A stretch of DNA of 64,000 bases from Nageia nagi (taxonomy: Eukaryota > Plantae > Pinophyta), in assembly GCA_050084985.1 (NCBI GenBank), contig JBITNC010000001.1, forward strand, positions 164,238,001 to 164,302,000, in the 5' to 3' direction. Below, one piece after another: positions 48,012-58,895 of this stretch. Under the pieces are notes generated by a model that worked only from the letters and a program-made list of their open reading frames with translations, was not told the origin of the DNA and did not search any database. Each line of letters opens with the position of its first letter. Within the stretch, counting starts at the first letter, position 1. The translations under genes were made by a program, and so were the position numbers.

Positions 48012-49200
48012 GTCATCATATACTCAAAGATTCTTTACAACTTTATAATTATTCCAAGGGAATCTTTAACAACTTGAATGTAATTTCCAACTTTTTCCTA
48101 TCCTGACAGAGAAGTAATTCTTTATCGTCAGCCTCCACATCCCATAACATAGGTATTGTATTTGGAATATACCCCATTTCCTTAATTTGACTTGATAGTT
48201 TCTCCAATTTTCTATAGATATCTTGTATTTGTGGGTGTGGTTAGTCTCCTATAAGAAAAGTATGTACCCTTTTGTTAAATTCCATCCAAATACATCCAGG
48301 TGTCTTCTTCATTCTTTTATCTTTCATTAATGTCATTAATCTTTGAACATTATTCCAACAAAAAAAGTATCATTTCCATAAATTCCCTCATTCCTACATT
48401 CTTATATGATATTCAAGTACCGATAATATACATCCACACATTTGATTTAGGTTTTATGGGCATATTGAAAATGAAGTTCAAAGCTTTCTCAAGATAGCCT
48501 ACATGGCCAAGAAGGTTAACAATAGATAATTATTCTTCTTAGAAATAATGCAATAAAATATTTTGTTATCAAGGTTGGTTCCCAAGTGCTTCATCATATC
48601 AAATAGTTTAATGGAATCCTTATTGTAGTCATGAATTACATATCCCCTAATCATTATAGTCCATGAAATTATGTCTAAATCATGCATCTTGTAAAAAAAC
48701 TTTTGATCCTTGTTTATTATTCCACTTTTTTCATACATTTTATCATGATGTTCATAACCACAAAATTAAATGAAAAGCCATTTTCAACTACTTTTTTATG
48801 GATATTTATACCTTCTTTGAGAGATACTATGGTGGCACATGCTAGAATAATGTTGGTAAAGGTTTCAAAGTTTGTCCTTACACCTAACAATTGCATTTTC
48901 TTAAAAGTATCTAGATCCTTTCCAAAAAAACCCATTTTTTGCATATCCTGGGATCATTGCAGTACATGAGATTGCATCTAGATGAGGTATTTTATCAAAT
49001 AATTAATGGGCCCTTTCAATGTATTCATTTTATGCATATACTATGATCATTGCAGTCCATGACACTTTGTTTGATTCATGCATCTTGTCAAACAATTTGT
49101 GTACCTTCTTTATGCTTCTATAACCATAACATTTTCTAGGTATCATAACCAAACTTTGAATAAGTCTATTTTGTATAAATTTGTTATTAGATAGGCCAAA
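48012..49200 (-). pseudogene. PLS-DYW class pentatricopeptide repeat pseudogene (continues at 45925-46045)
   Basis: PPR motifs ISWTIMIRGYVIHDYNKDSIKLFDMMK and TFTNIILACATIVSLKEGINIHKKVVENGF. E/E+ region PGCIWMEFNKRVHTFLIGD*PHPQ...MGYIPNT. Contains stops and deletions. Confidence 0.88.
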
Positions 49201-49229
49201 TTTCAATTTGATGCGATTGATAAGTGAAT

Positions 49230-49790
49230 GAACTTTCCATATAGAAGAGCATTATGGGTAATATTATGATTCCACCAAGCAAGACCAAGAGAGAAAAAGG
49301 CTTTCAAATACTATACCAATGCACTCTCTACATAGCCTTCAATTTCATGGTGGTTCATGAGGAAATATTCAAGGCCACCAAGGGAAAAAAGTTATTATAT
49401 ATTATAGACTTGAGGATACTGCAAGGCCTTCAGTGGTTGAAACTTATCAAAACATTATGTTCTAGAACAAAGAGTTCCCAAAGTATCAAACTCAAAACCA
49501 TGGGATCTAGATCCCCTTTAGATTTCAAGAAGTGGAAAATGGCTCTATCCAACAAAGACAAAACCCTAGGCATGCCCTTGGAATTCAATTGATAATAAAA
49601 CCTTTAAACCCCTCCATGTTGGATCCTTAATTTCTTCAACTCCAATATGGGGAAATCCTTCTTATAAATAATGTTTTATAGTTTCAAAATTTTTTGAAGG
49701 AGATCCAAAGTTATTTTCAATGTATTTTATGAAAAATCCACCATTTGAATCTATGCATTATGACTTTGTGGAGCAGGATGCCAACCAAAT
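49230..49790 (+). pseudogene. GRAS-domain transcription factor fragment (LHRI end, VHIID, LHRII, PFYRE start)
   Basis: Translation FQILYQCTLYIAFNF...LYIIDL...LQWLKLIKTLCSR...LGMPLEFN...GEILLINNVL...VEQDAN, with stops and frameshifts. Both ends are truncated. Confidence 0.85.
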
Positions 49791-50189
49791 GATTCTTAGA
49801 GTTGTTGCATTATTATTCTTCCATGATTAATATATGATTTTGATTATAGAGAGTGAATGTAATGTGAAAGAGGATGTATTTCATGAAATGAAGAAAGCGA
49901 GGAATCATGAAAATGGTGGAGGTAGAAGTTTACACGGTTAAGAAGGTCAACAATGCATGTATAATGATTCATCCTATATATAATGTAATACAAGTCACTC
50001 ATTTTATTACAATATTTACAATCCTAATCCATTAGACCTACACGGTTGAATGCAAGCATAACACATATAAATGTTATGTTGTTAAGGTTGGTTCTAATTG
50101 CTTCATTAGATAAAATATTTTAAGGGTACCCTTATTGTATCCATGAATTACATATACTTAAATCATTGCATTACATGAAATGTATTTGC

Positions 50190-50402
50190 ATCATGATCTT
50201 CTACAATTTGCATACATGGCTAGTAGAGCACTCACAACCACAACATTTGATGAAAAATTATGTTCAACTACTCTTTAATGGATGTCCATACCTTCTTGTA
50301 GAGCTCCCATAGTGGAATATGTTAGAAGAATATTGAAAAAGGTTGCAGAGCTTGACTTTATACTTGAGACATGCATTTGCAATCATGGCTATCAGAGGAC
50401 TC
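50190..50402 (-). pseudogene. PPR fragment, left flank of the Copia insertion
   Basis: Translation ATFFNILLTYSTMGALQEGMDIH*RVVEHNFSSNVVVVSALLAMYANC. Confidence 0.75.
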
Positions 50403-51073
50403 TGTTAGAATTTGTAATGAAATATTGTGAATATCTAAACTCCTTGTAAATTCAATTAATCACTTAAAGGATATTTAGATACCTTAAGAGATTAATTGAA
50501 TTCTTTATTATGTAAACTTTGACCTTACCATGTGGTTAGTTGGTAGGTTAAAGTTAGGTAATATATTTATTGTAACCCTAACCTTACCCTTGGGTTAAAG
50601 GGAGGTTAAGGAGGTGCTCTCATGATATAAATAGAGGGCCTCTCCTCTTGTAATATCACTTAGATTTTGAGTAAGATTACTCTACTAGTTTGTGTAGGAG
50701 AGAAAGGAATTGTAGTAAGAGGGTGCATAGTTTGAGAATTGAGATCTAGTTGTGGATGTACTCCCAAGGAGGGAGGAACCACTTATATTGGTGTTATCTT
50801 GTGTGAATGGTGTTATTAGCTTATAGATGTTGAATGATTAAGTTTCCTATAGTCTTGGACCTTGAGGATTAGTGTAGATCTAATTCCATCAATTGGTATT
50901 AGAGCTTGGTGTGGAAGCTTCTTCAACATTCTTTGAAACTTCTTCAATTTGGAGGTCTCCATTTCTCATCTTCTTACATTGTTGAGGATATTGTTGCAAA
51001 TCACTCCTTCCTTGTTGAATGTCTACTTTATCCGTCTCTCCATCACCCCTCATACAACACAGTGCAAATAAGA

Positions 51074-51527
51074 ATGCATGAGAAGGGGAAGGGCAAGAGG
51101 AAGGGGAAGGTGGAAATGAGGAGGATCGAGAATCCGATAAGCTGGTAGATCACATTCTCCAAATGCAAAGCGGGACTCTTCAAAAAGGCGGTAGAGCTCT
51201 CTTCTCTATGATGTCGACCTTGCCCTCATCATTTCCTCCCCATCCAGAAAACTCTACCACTCTCCCACTCCCAACCAAATGCTACCTCTGCCACCACCGC
51301 TCCACAACTGAATGCAACCTTTACCAGCTTTCTTTGAGTTTATGCCATCGTGGAAGAATTGTAAGTGCCCTGATGAGAGGCTATCTATGGCTTCATTATT
51401 AGACATCGTAGACTTGCCCCTCTTTGATTCTTGCAGACGTTGTTGTTGCATGGCCACTTATAAAACCTCCACCTTCACGTGTAGTGGGAACTTCTCTTTC
51501 CTCGCCACTCACCTCAGAGTCCCTTAA
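51074..51527 (+). pseudogene. MADS-box ORF inside the Copia leader (disrupted in this copy)
   Basis: Translation MHEKGKGKRKGKVEMRRIENPISW*ITFSKCKAGLFKKAVELS/LLYDVDLALIISSPSRKLYH is a complete MADS domain. It has one stop (51146-48) and a 2-bp loss in a CT run (~51200). The same frame continues through one TGA (51309-11) to TAA at 51525-27. Confidence 0.92.
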
Positions 51528-53208
51528 AATGGACCTCTCAACCCTTCGCACACATCACAGCCCTGCACCTCTGAACACGTTTTTTTTACTCATCATTTTT
51601 TTTTCTTTGAGTATGTTCTTTTAACTCTAAAGTGCATTAAAAAATGGGGGGAGGTGTTTCATTTATTTTGGTAGAAGATCATTAATGGCATTGAGTTTTC
51701 TTGTTGGATGAGAGACAATGCATTAATTTTTGAGTTGGAAATATTTTGTATTCTTTGCAAAGTCTCTCTAATGCTTTAATTTTTTTGGTAAGAAGCATTA
51801 ATTATTTGAAGTCAAACCTTGTTGGGTAGAAGTTTTTTTTTCCAAAAAGGAGGCTAATTTAATTTTGTTGAGCATGATAGTCAATCCTCATAAAGTTTTG
51901 ATAGGTACACACCTTACCTCTTGCAAGATGTGGTTGTCCAAAAATTAAAGTCTCTTTTCTCCATAAGTTTTATGAGCATGATATTTTTCTTACCTAAAAG
52001 AGGAAATTTTTTGGAGCTACATGATCAAGTATTTCTAAAATTTTCTTTCTTTAAGTTCAAATTAAATACTTATAGTGCCTTTTTTTTAAAGTAAGAAGGG
52101 GGAGAATTTAGTGCCTTTTTTGAAGTCATTAAATGTCAAGTTTGTTAATGCTTAACTTATGCATTTTTTAATTCTCTAAATGCTTAAACTAATGCTAAAG
52201 TAGGACTTAAGCGTTGTCTATGAATTCATGATTTATGCCAAGTATAAATGGACTTATTCATTAAATGTTAAGTTATGAATAAACCCTAGGCATTCTTTGC
52301 TAAGTGATTTATGACATTTCTTTTTACTAGTCATGAGTAGGACTTAGAACATTTAAAAATGAATTCATGCTAAGTATAGAACTTATGCAATTTTTTTTTA
52401 AAATTAATGAATGGATTAATGCTAAGTAGGACTTAGCCATTTTAAATTCATTAAAGTGTTGAATGAATTTATGAACTTGAGCAAGTATGCAAAATGTAAA
52501 AATGTCCTTTAGGGGTTAGTACAAAACCCATTGGACTCTTATATTTCAAGTTCTTGTGGATGATGTATTTTTAATACTTTACTTTATATTTTTGCATAAT
52601 TGCTCTATACTTGCAAAATGCAAAATATTGAAAGTAACCCCTAAAATGAACACATCCGCACGTACTTTTCCACAACATGACTTGTTTGGGGAGCCACAAG
52701 GGGAGGATAGGGCAGACTAGAGCCTTTTTAGTCCGAAGAACCAAGTGGTGGTAAATCCATCTTAATTGCCCCTAAGACCTCTGTTGGATTGGACATAACT
52801 CTATTAGGTGGATAGGCATGTGTGTAGTGATACCACATGTCCGCACATCCATTCAGGGATTATCCTGATAACCTAGGAGGAAAACTTGAAAACCTTAAAC
52901 AAGATAATTAAAATGGTCGGTCCAACATACGTCGGATCCTTGGAAAATAGTTGGTACTTCTCCTTGAGAGAGTATATTACTGAACAAGGTGAACTGGTTG
53001 AGGACTGGTAGTACTTGGGCTCCACTTTGCGGGCATCTAGGTGAAGGCCTAATTCTATTCAAGAAAACAACCTCAACTTTATCCTTCTACGGATCTTGGT
53101 TATAAGTTTGCACATGTGGGACATGTTTACTTATCAATGTTTAATTTGTATAGATGGTAAATTGTAGAAATTTATTCATTCTTCTTGCTTATTTACTTTT
53201 GTGTAGCA

Positions 53209-56200
53209 ATGGTTGAAACCTTCATACCCAAGCATATACTCGACGGTTCCAACTTTGGCATATGGGAACCTCGTATGAAAGCTAAGTTACAAGTAAGGAA
53301 GCTATGGCAGATAGTTAATGAAGACTTGGTTGCTCCTACAGATGAGAAGGCTCTTGAAATCTACAACTCAAAGAATGAGTTAGCAACTTTAATGATTTAT
53401 CATGCAGTTTCAGATGATGTACTTCTCATGATCTCTTCTTCAACATCAACAAAGGAAGCTTGGGATAGGCTGAAGAAAATTTACCTTGGGTCAAAATTTT
53501 CAAGGAGGTTCACTATTTTACAAAAGGTGTTGCAATATCGTTAAGGTGAAGATGAAAGTGCTTCTATTTACTTGACCAAAATCATTGACCTCAGGACACA
53601 ACTGGTTGGCTGTGGGTGCAACTGGATCAATGATGAGTTCATGGTCTTCATCATTCTTCAAAGCCTTTCTACAAAGTTTAGTAACTTTGTCACGGTTATG
53701 GAAACTAGGCTCGATGATGAAGAAGATGTCATCTCTCTTGATAACCTTTCTAGACTCCTTCTGAAGCATGAGGAAACTTTGAATAAGAAAATGTTGAAAT
53801 TTTCCCCAAAGGACAAAAGCATTGCTCTAGGAGCAACCAAAACTCCTTTCAAGAAGAAGTTCAAACATTATAAATCCAAAGATAACAAATCCTCATCTAC
53901 CTTCAGGAAGCATGAGAAAAAGGGCAACAATAATGACAACTTTAAGCAAAGGAATGACAAAGCTGGATCAAGCAATCCAAAACCTAAGGAAAAGTTTGAT
54001 GGAAATTGTAACTTTTGTGGCATCTTTGGTCACAAATAGTATGATTATTATAAAAATAAATTTGCTGAAAAAGGCAAGGGAAATGCAAATGTGAAAAATT
54101 TCATAATAAAAAGAAGACCAAGCATGCTGCTACTATTGCCTACTACTTAGTGACTCAAGCTATTTCAAATGATTGGATTGTTGATTCAGGATGCACTAAT
54201 CACATGTGTTATGAAAAGGATAAGTTTGAAAACTTTCATAAGTACAAGAAGGATGCAGTTGTGATAGGTGATAATTCAGTCCTTGATGTTCAAGGAATAG
54301 GGAGTGTGAAGATTCATGGAAAGGTTCTTGATAATGTCTTTTATGTGCCTAAACTAAGGATGAATCTTATCTTCGTAATTCAGATTATAAGGAAAGGATA
54401 CTCATTTGAGTTTACCTCACACTCCTGGTGTGTTAAGAAAGGACTTGCCACCTTGATGAAAGGATCAGTAAAGGATGACCTTTATATTGTGGATCAAGTT
54501 CCTTCAAAGATGTGTCTTGCTACAAATGTTTGTTCAAAGGGTAATCTTTGGCATCAACGATTAGGGCACCTTAACCACAAGAGTATTCAAGATATGAAAA
54601 ATCAAGAACTTGTGGAAGGTTTACCTAATATTTCACCCACAATTGGTCTCTGTGAAAGGTGCATTCTAGGAAAGATGAATAGGCAAAATTTTGAAAAAGA
54701 TAAGGCAACTTGGGCTACTCGTCCTCTTCAACTTGTGCATTCAGATTTGATGGCTCCATTTCAGACTAAGTCTCTAGGGGGAGCTTCTTATGTTCTAACC
54801 TTCATTGATGACTTCAGCAAGATGACATTTGGTTATCTACTTGAGCACAAGGATCAAACTTTTGATAGGTTTAAATACTTCAAGGCTCTTGTTGAAAATC
54901 AAACTGATTTTAAGATCAAGATGCTGAGATTTGATAATGGGGGTGAGTATAATAGCAATGAGTTTAACAACTATTGTGTTAAACATGGGATCAAGCAACA
55001 ATTCACAATCCCTTACACCCCTCAACAAAATGGAGTTGGTGAAAGGAAGAATCGAACCATTATGGAAATGGCAAGGTGCATGTTGGGTAACCTTCCTAGT
55101 TTCTTATGGGGTGAAGCTATTCACACTGCTATTCACACCCTAAATAGGTGTCCTACTAAAGCAGTTGAAGGTAAAACTCCATATGAAGCATGGACAGGAA
55201 AGAAACCTAACATCTCACACTTTAGGGTCTTCAGTTGTGATGCATTTGCCTTTATTACCTCAGAGAAAAGAAATAAGTTGGATAAAAGATTAGAAAAATG
55301 CATCTTTGTGGGATATGATAATCAGTATAAAGGTTATAGGCTCTACTCCTCATCCCATAAAATAGTCTTTGTTTCTAGGGATGTCAAGTTCAATGAACTT
55401 CCTGAGGATATGACTTCTCATGCTGAGGTGTCTAATTCAGATGATTCTTCGCCTACACCTAACTGGTTGGAAGATAATGTAGGGAAGTCACCATAAGAGC
55501 AAAATTCTTCAGCTCAGAGAATTACAAGGAATATGACCTTGAATAAATCTTTATTTGCCAAAATTGATAATACGAATGATCCATCAACCTTCAAAGAAGC
55601 TTCCAAGCAAGAGTGTTGGATGGAAGCTATGAAAGTTGAGTATGAGGCACCCATGAAAAATGAAACTTGGGATTTGGTTCATTATCCCAATGAGAAAAAT
55701 ATGATTGGAAATAAATGGATATACAAGGTCAAGTACAATTCTGATGGAGAAATTGAAAAATACAAAGCAAGGTTAGTGGCCAAAGGATTCACTCAAAAAT
55801 ATGGTATTGATTATGAGAAAACCTTTGCTCCTATGGCCAAGATGCCTACTGTCAGGATAATCCTTGCTCTTTCTATAGCTCAAGGATGGAAATTTTTTCA
55901 ACTTGATGTCAAGAGTGCATTTCTCAATGGTGACTTGGATGTAGAAATCTACATGAATCAACCAGAAGGATTTATTCCAGAAGGTAAAGAGTCTTTTGTG
56001 TGCAAGCTAAAGAAGTATTTGTATGGACTTAAGCAAGCACCTAGAGCATGGTACAAGAAAATTTCAGGATTCTTTGCAGATATTGGTTTTTCCAAGTGCT
56101 TCGCTGACTTAGATCTCTATGTACTCAATCAAGGAAAAGACGTGGTCTTAATTCTCCTTTATGTGGATGATCTTCTCATAACTGGAAATAATATTGAAAT

Positions 56201-57130
56201 CATCCAAGAGTGCATATCCAAACTGAAGGCAACATTTGAAATGACTGATCTAGGTCTATTGCATTACTATCTTAGGATGCAAGTATACCAACACAAAGAT
56301 TGTACTTATCTTAGTCAATCTAAGTATATATCAGACATCTTGCAAAAGTTTGGAATGGAGGAGTATAGATATGTTGTAATACGTATTTCTCCTGGAATCG
56401 TTGTATCTCTGAGCTTAGATTCTCAGTTGGCTGATGCTACAACTTATAGGTAATTGATCGGTAGTCTTCTGTATCTGACTATCTGTCGACCTGATATTGC
56501 CTTTGCAGTGAATCTAATGGCACGATTCATGCAAAAACCATATGTTGAGCACCTCAATGCTGTTAAGCAAATCTTGACATGAGGTATGTGGCAGGGATAA
56601 AGGATCTTGCTCTTAAGTATTCCAAAGTGCCCTCGATTATTCTCTTCAGGTTCTTAGATTCTGATTATGGGGGAGATAGAGATGATAGAAAATCAACCTC
56701 TGCATATGTGTTCAGCATTGGTTCAAGTGCTATCTCTTGGGCTTCCAAGAAGCAACCTACTATGACTCTTTCTACCACCGAAGCCAAATATCGAGCCATT
56801 TCTGTTGCTGCCTAAGAAGCTATTTGGCTATGGTATCTTCTGAACAAAATTGGGTATGAGCAAAATGGCCCATCTGTTATTTCTTCAGATAATCAATCGG
56901 CTATCTCTTTGGCTAAGAATCCTATGTTCCATCAGAGAACCAAACATGTGGAAATCCAAGCCCATTTTATCAGGGAGAAGGTTCTAGATGACATCATACA
57001 CTTGGAGTATTGTCCATCTACTGTAAACTTTGCTAATTTATTCACCAAGCCCCTTCCTGAAGCTCAGTTCAGCAAGCTTAGGGATTCTCTCGGGTTGGTG
57101 AAGTTGCCCTCAAGGGGGAGTGAAGTTTGA
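53209..57130 (+). pseudogene. Copia gag-pol polyprotein (GAG-PR-INT-RT-RH), disrupted
   Basis: Motifs LDGSNFGIWEPRMKAKL, knuckle CNFCGIFGHK, protease WIVDSGCTNHM, WHQRLGHLN/CERCILGK, integrase VHSDL/DNGGEY/ERKNRT, RT YVDDLL, RNase H DSDYGGD/DNQSAI/HQRTKH. Stops at ~53542, 54037, 55494, 56451 and 56813, plus frameshifts. Confidence 0.95.
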
Positions 57131-57202
57131 ACTTTTGTTAGTGATGACAACTTCACCTCTAAGAGGCCTTTTTTTTATTGTTATATAGTGTTGATTATGA
57201 TA

Positions 57203-57295
57203 TACCTCTGTGGTAAGTTCGCTCTGTGTGAGGAACTTCTTGTACATTTTATACCTCTGTGGTAAGTTTGCTCTGCGTGAGAAACTTGTTGTACA
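57203..57295. repeat. ~49-bp tandem duplication in the Copia 3' non-coding region
   Basis: TACCTCTGTGGTAAGTTYGCTCTGYGTGAGRAACTTSTTGTACA occurs twice. Confidence 0.85.
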
Positions 57296-58370
57296 ATTTT
57301 TTGAGCATATAATTGATCAATAAGTTTCATTGTTCAAGTATTCATATGAGAAGATCTAGTATGTGTCTTTAGGCATTGTACAGTCATCTATATGTTATGC
57401 TCTATTAATAATCAACACATGTCTATATACAACAGGTGACTATGAGTGATGGCTTGGCATCTCCGTGATGACTTATAGTGCACCATTGATTAGTTATTTA
57501 TAATATGGCATTATTTGATTCTCTTATTAATAAAATGAATATATGTTGCATCTAACTAATTTTGTTCATGAGTTGCTTGTAGCATGCAGGATCTTCTTCA
57601 GAAATGTAGGTTACTCACCTTGTGTAAGCAAGCTCATGGAGACTCACATGTCAGCTTAAAGTTGATCGACTACTATGTACAGTGAAACTAGTTGTGGTTA
57701 ATGATTGTATTGTAAACCATTTTGTCAAATGGTAATGTAGTGAGTCTCAAACTAGTTCTCAAAAAGATTCTCAAATATGTAAATGTTCTCATCTCCGCTT
57801 GTATCTCTATGGAGGAGAACTCTCTCTTACTCTCTCTCTTCTCTCTTCTACGCTCTATCCCAATATTGCATTAAGGGGGAGTGTTAGAATTTGTAATGAA
57901 ATATTGTGAATATCTAAACTCCTTGTAAATTCAATTAATCACTTAAAGGATATTTAGATACCTTAAGGGATTAATTGAATTCTTTATTATGTAAACTTTG
58001 ACCTCACCATGTGATTAGTTGGTAGGTTAAAGTTAGGTAATATATTTATTGTAACCCTAACCTTAACCTTGGGTTAAAGGGAGTTTAGGGAGGTGCTCTC
58101 ATGCTATAAATAGAGGGCCTCTCCTCTTGTAATATCACTTAGATTTTGAGTAAGATTACTCTACTAGTTTGTGTAGGAGAGAAAGGAATTGTAGTAAGAG
58201 GGTGCATAGTTTGAGAATTGAGATCTAGTTGTGGATGTACTCCCAAGGAGGGAGGAACCACTTATATTGGTGTTATCTTGTGTGAATGGTGTTATTAGCT
58301 TGTAGATGTTGAATGATTAAGTTTCCTATAGTCTTGGACCTTGAGAATTAGTGTAGATCTAATTCCTTCA

Positions 58371-58590
58371 AACTCACAACCATAAGATTTGATGAAAACC
58401 CATTTTCAACTACTCTTTAATGGATATTCATACCCTCTTGTAGGGCTTCCATGGTGTCACATATTGGAATAATATCAGTAAAGGTTGTAAAGTTTGACTT
58501 TAGACCTGCATCTTCTTAAAAGTATCTAGAGCCTTCAAAAAACCTATTTTGTGCATATCTTATGATCATTGCAATCTATAAAATTATATC
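58371..58590 (-). pseudogene. PPR fragment, right flank of the Copia insertion
   Basis: Translation MEALQEGMNIH*RVVENGFSSNLMVVS, which joins across the TSD to PLIAM on the left flank. Confidence 0.75.
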
Positions 58591-58599
58591 TATCTGTAT

Positions 58600-58895
58600 C
58601 ATTAAAACTAGGTTGCACAAATTCTTCCTACCCATAAGAATTCCCTTCCTATCATTTTTTTCCATTTTTTGAAAACTTTTTGAGGGTGTATTTTTTGGAG
58701 GACATTTTCAAATGATATTTTTAAGAGTTTTTGGAGGTTATTTTTAAACCACCTTCTTAGGGATTTTAAAGGGTGATTTTAAACCATCACAAAAAACCAC
58801 CATTTTAAGGATTTTTTAAAGGCAAATTTTAGCCATCCTAAAAAACCATTATGAATTAGCTTTCGTTTAAGCTCAAATTTCTTATTGTGATAGTG
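58600..58895. mobile_element. CACTA-like terminus with palindromic subterminal repeats
   Basis: Repeated GGTGATTTTAAACCA(T/C)C-like motifs end in ...TAGTG at 58891-58895. The same motif cluster occurs at 42065-42335. Confidence 0.5.

Larger units (their letters stand above)
50403..58370 (+). mobile_element. Full-length Ty1/copia LTR retrotransposon (7968 bp) carrying a MADS-box ORF
   Basis: LTRs at 50403-50891 and 57882-58370, both 489 bp, TG...CA, about 10 substitutions by manual count. TSD GACTC/AACTC. PBS TGGTATTAGAGC at 50894-50905 (initiator-Met type). PPT AAGGGGGAG at 57873-57881. Confidence 0.97.

Noticed and set aside
50906-51527. The MADS sequence as a functional host gene
   Set aside because: It lies inside a matched LTR pair, has a stop and a frameshift in the domain, and has no I/K exons.
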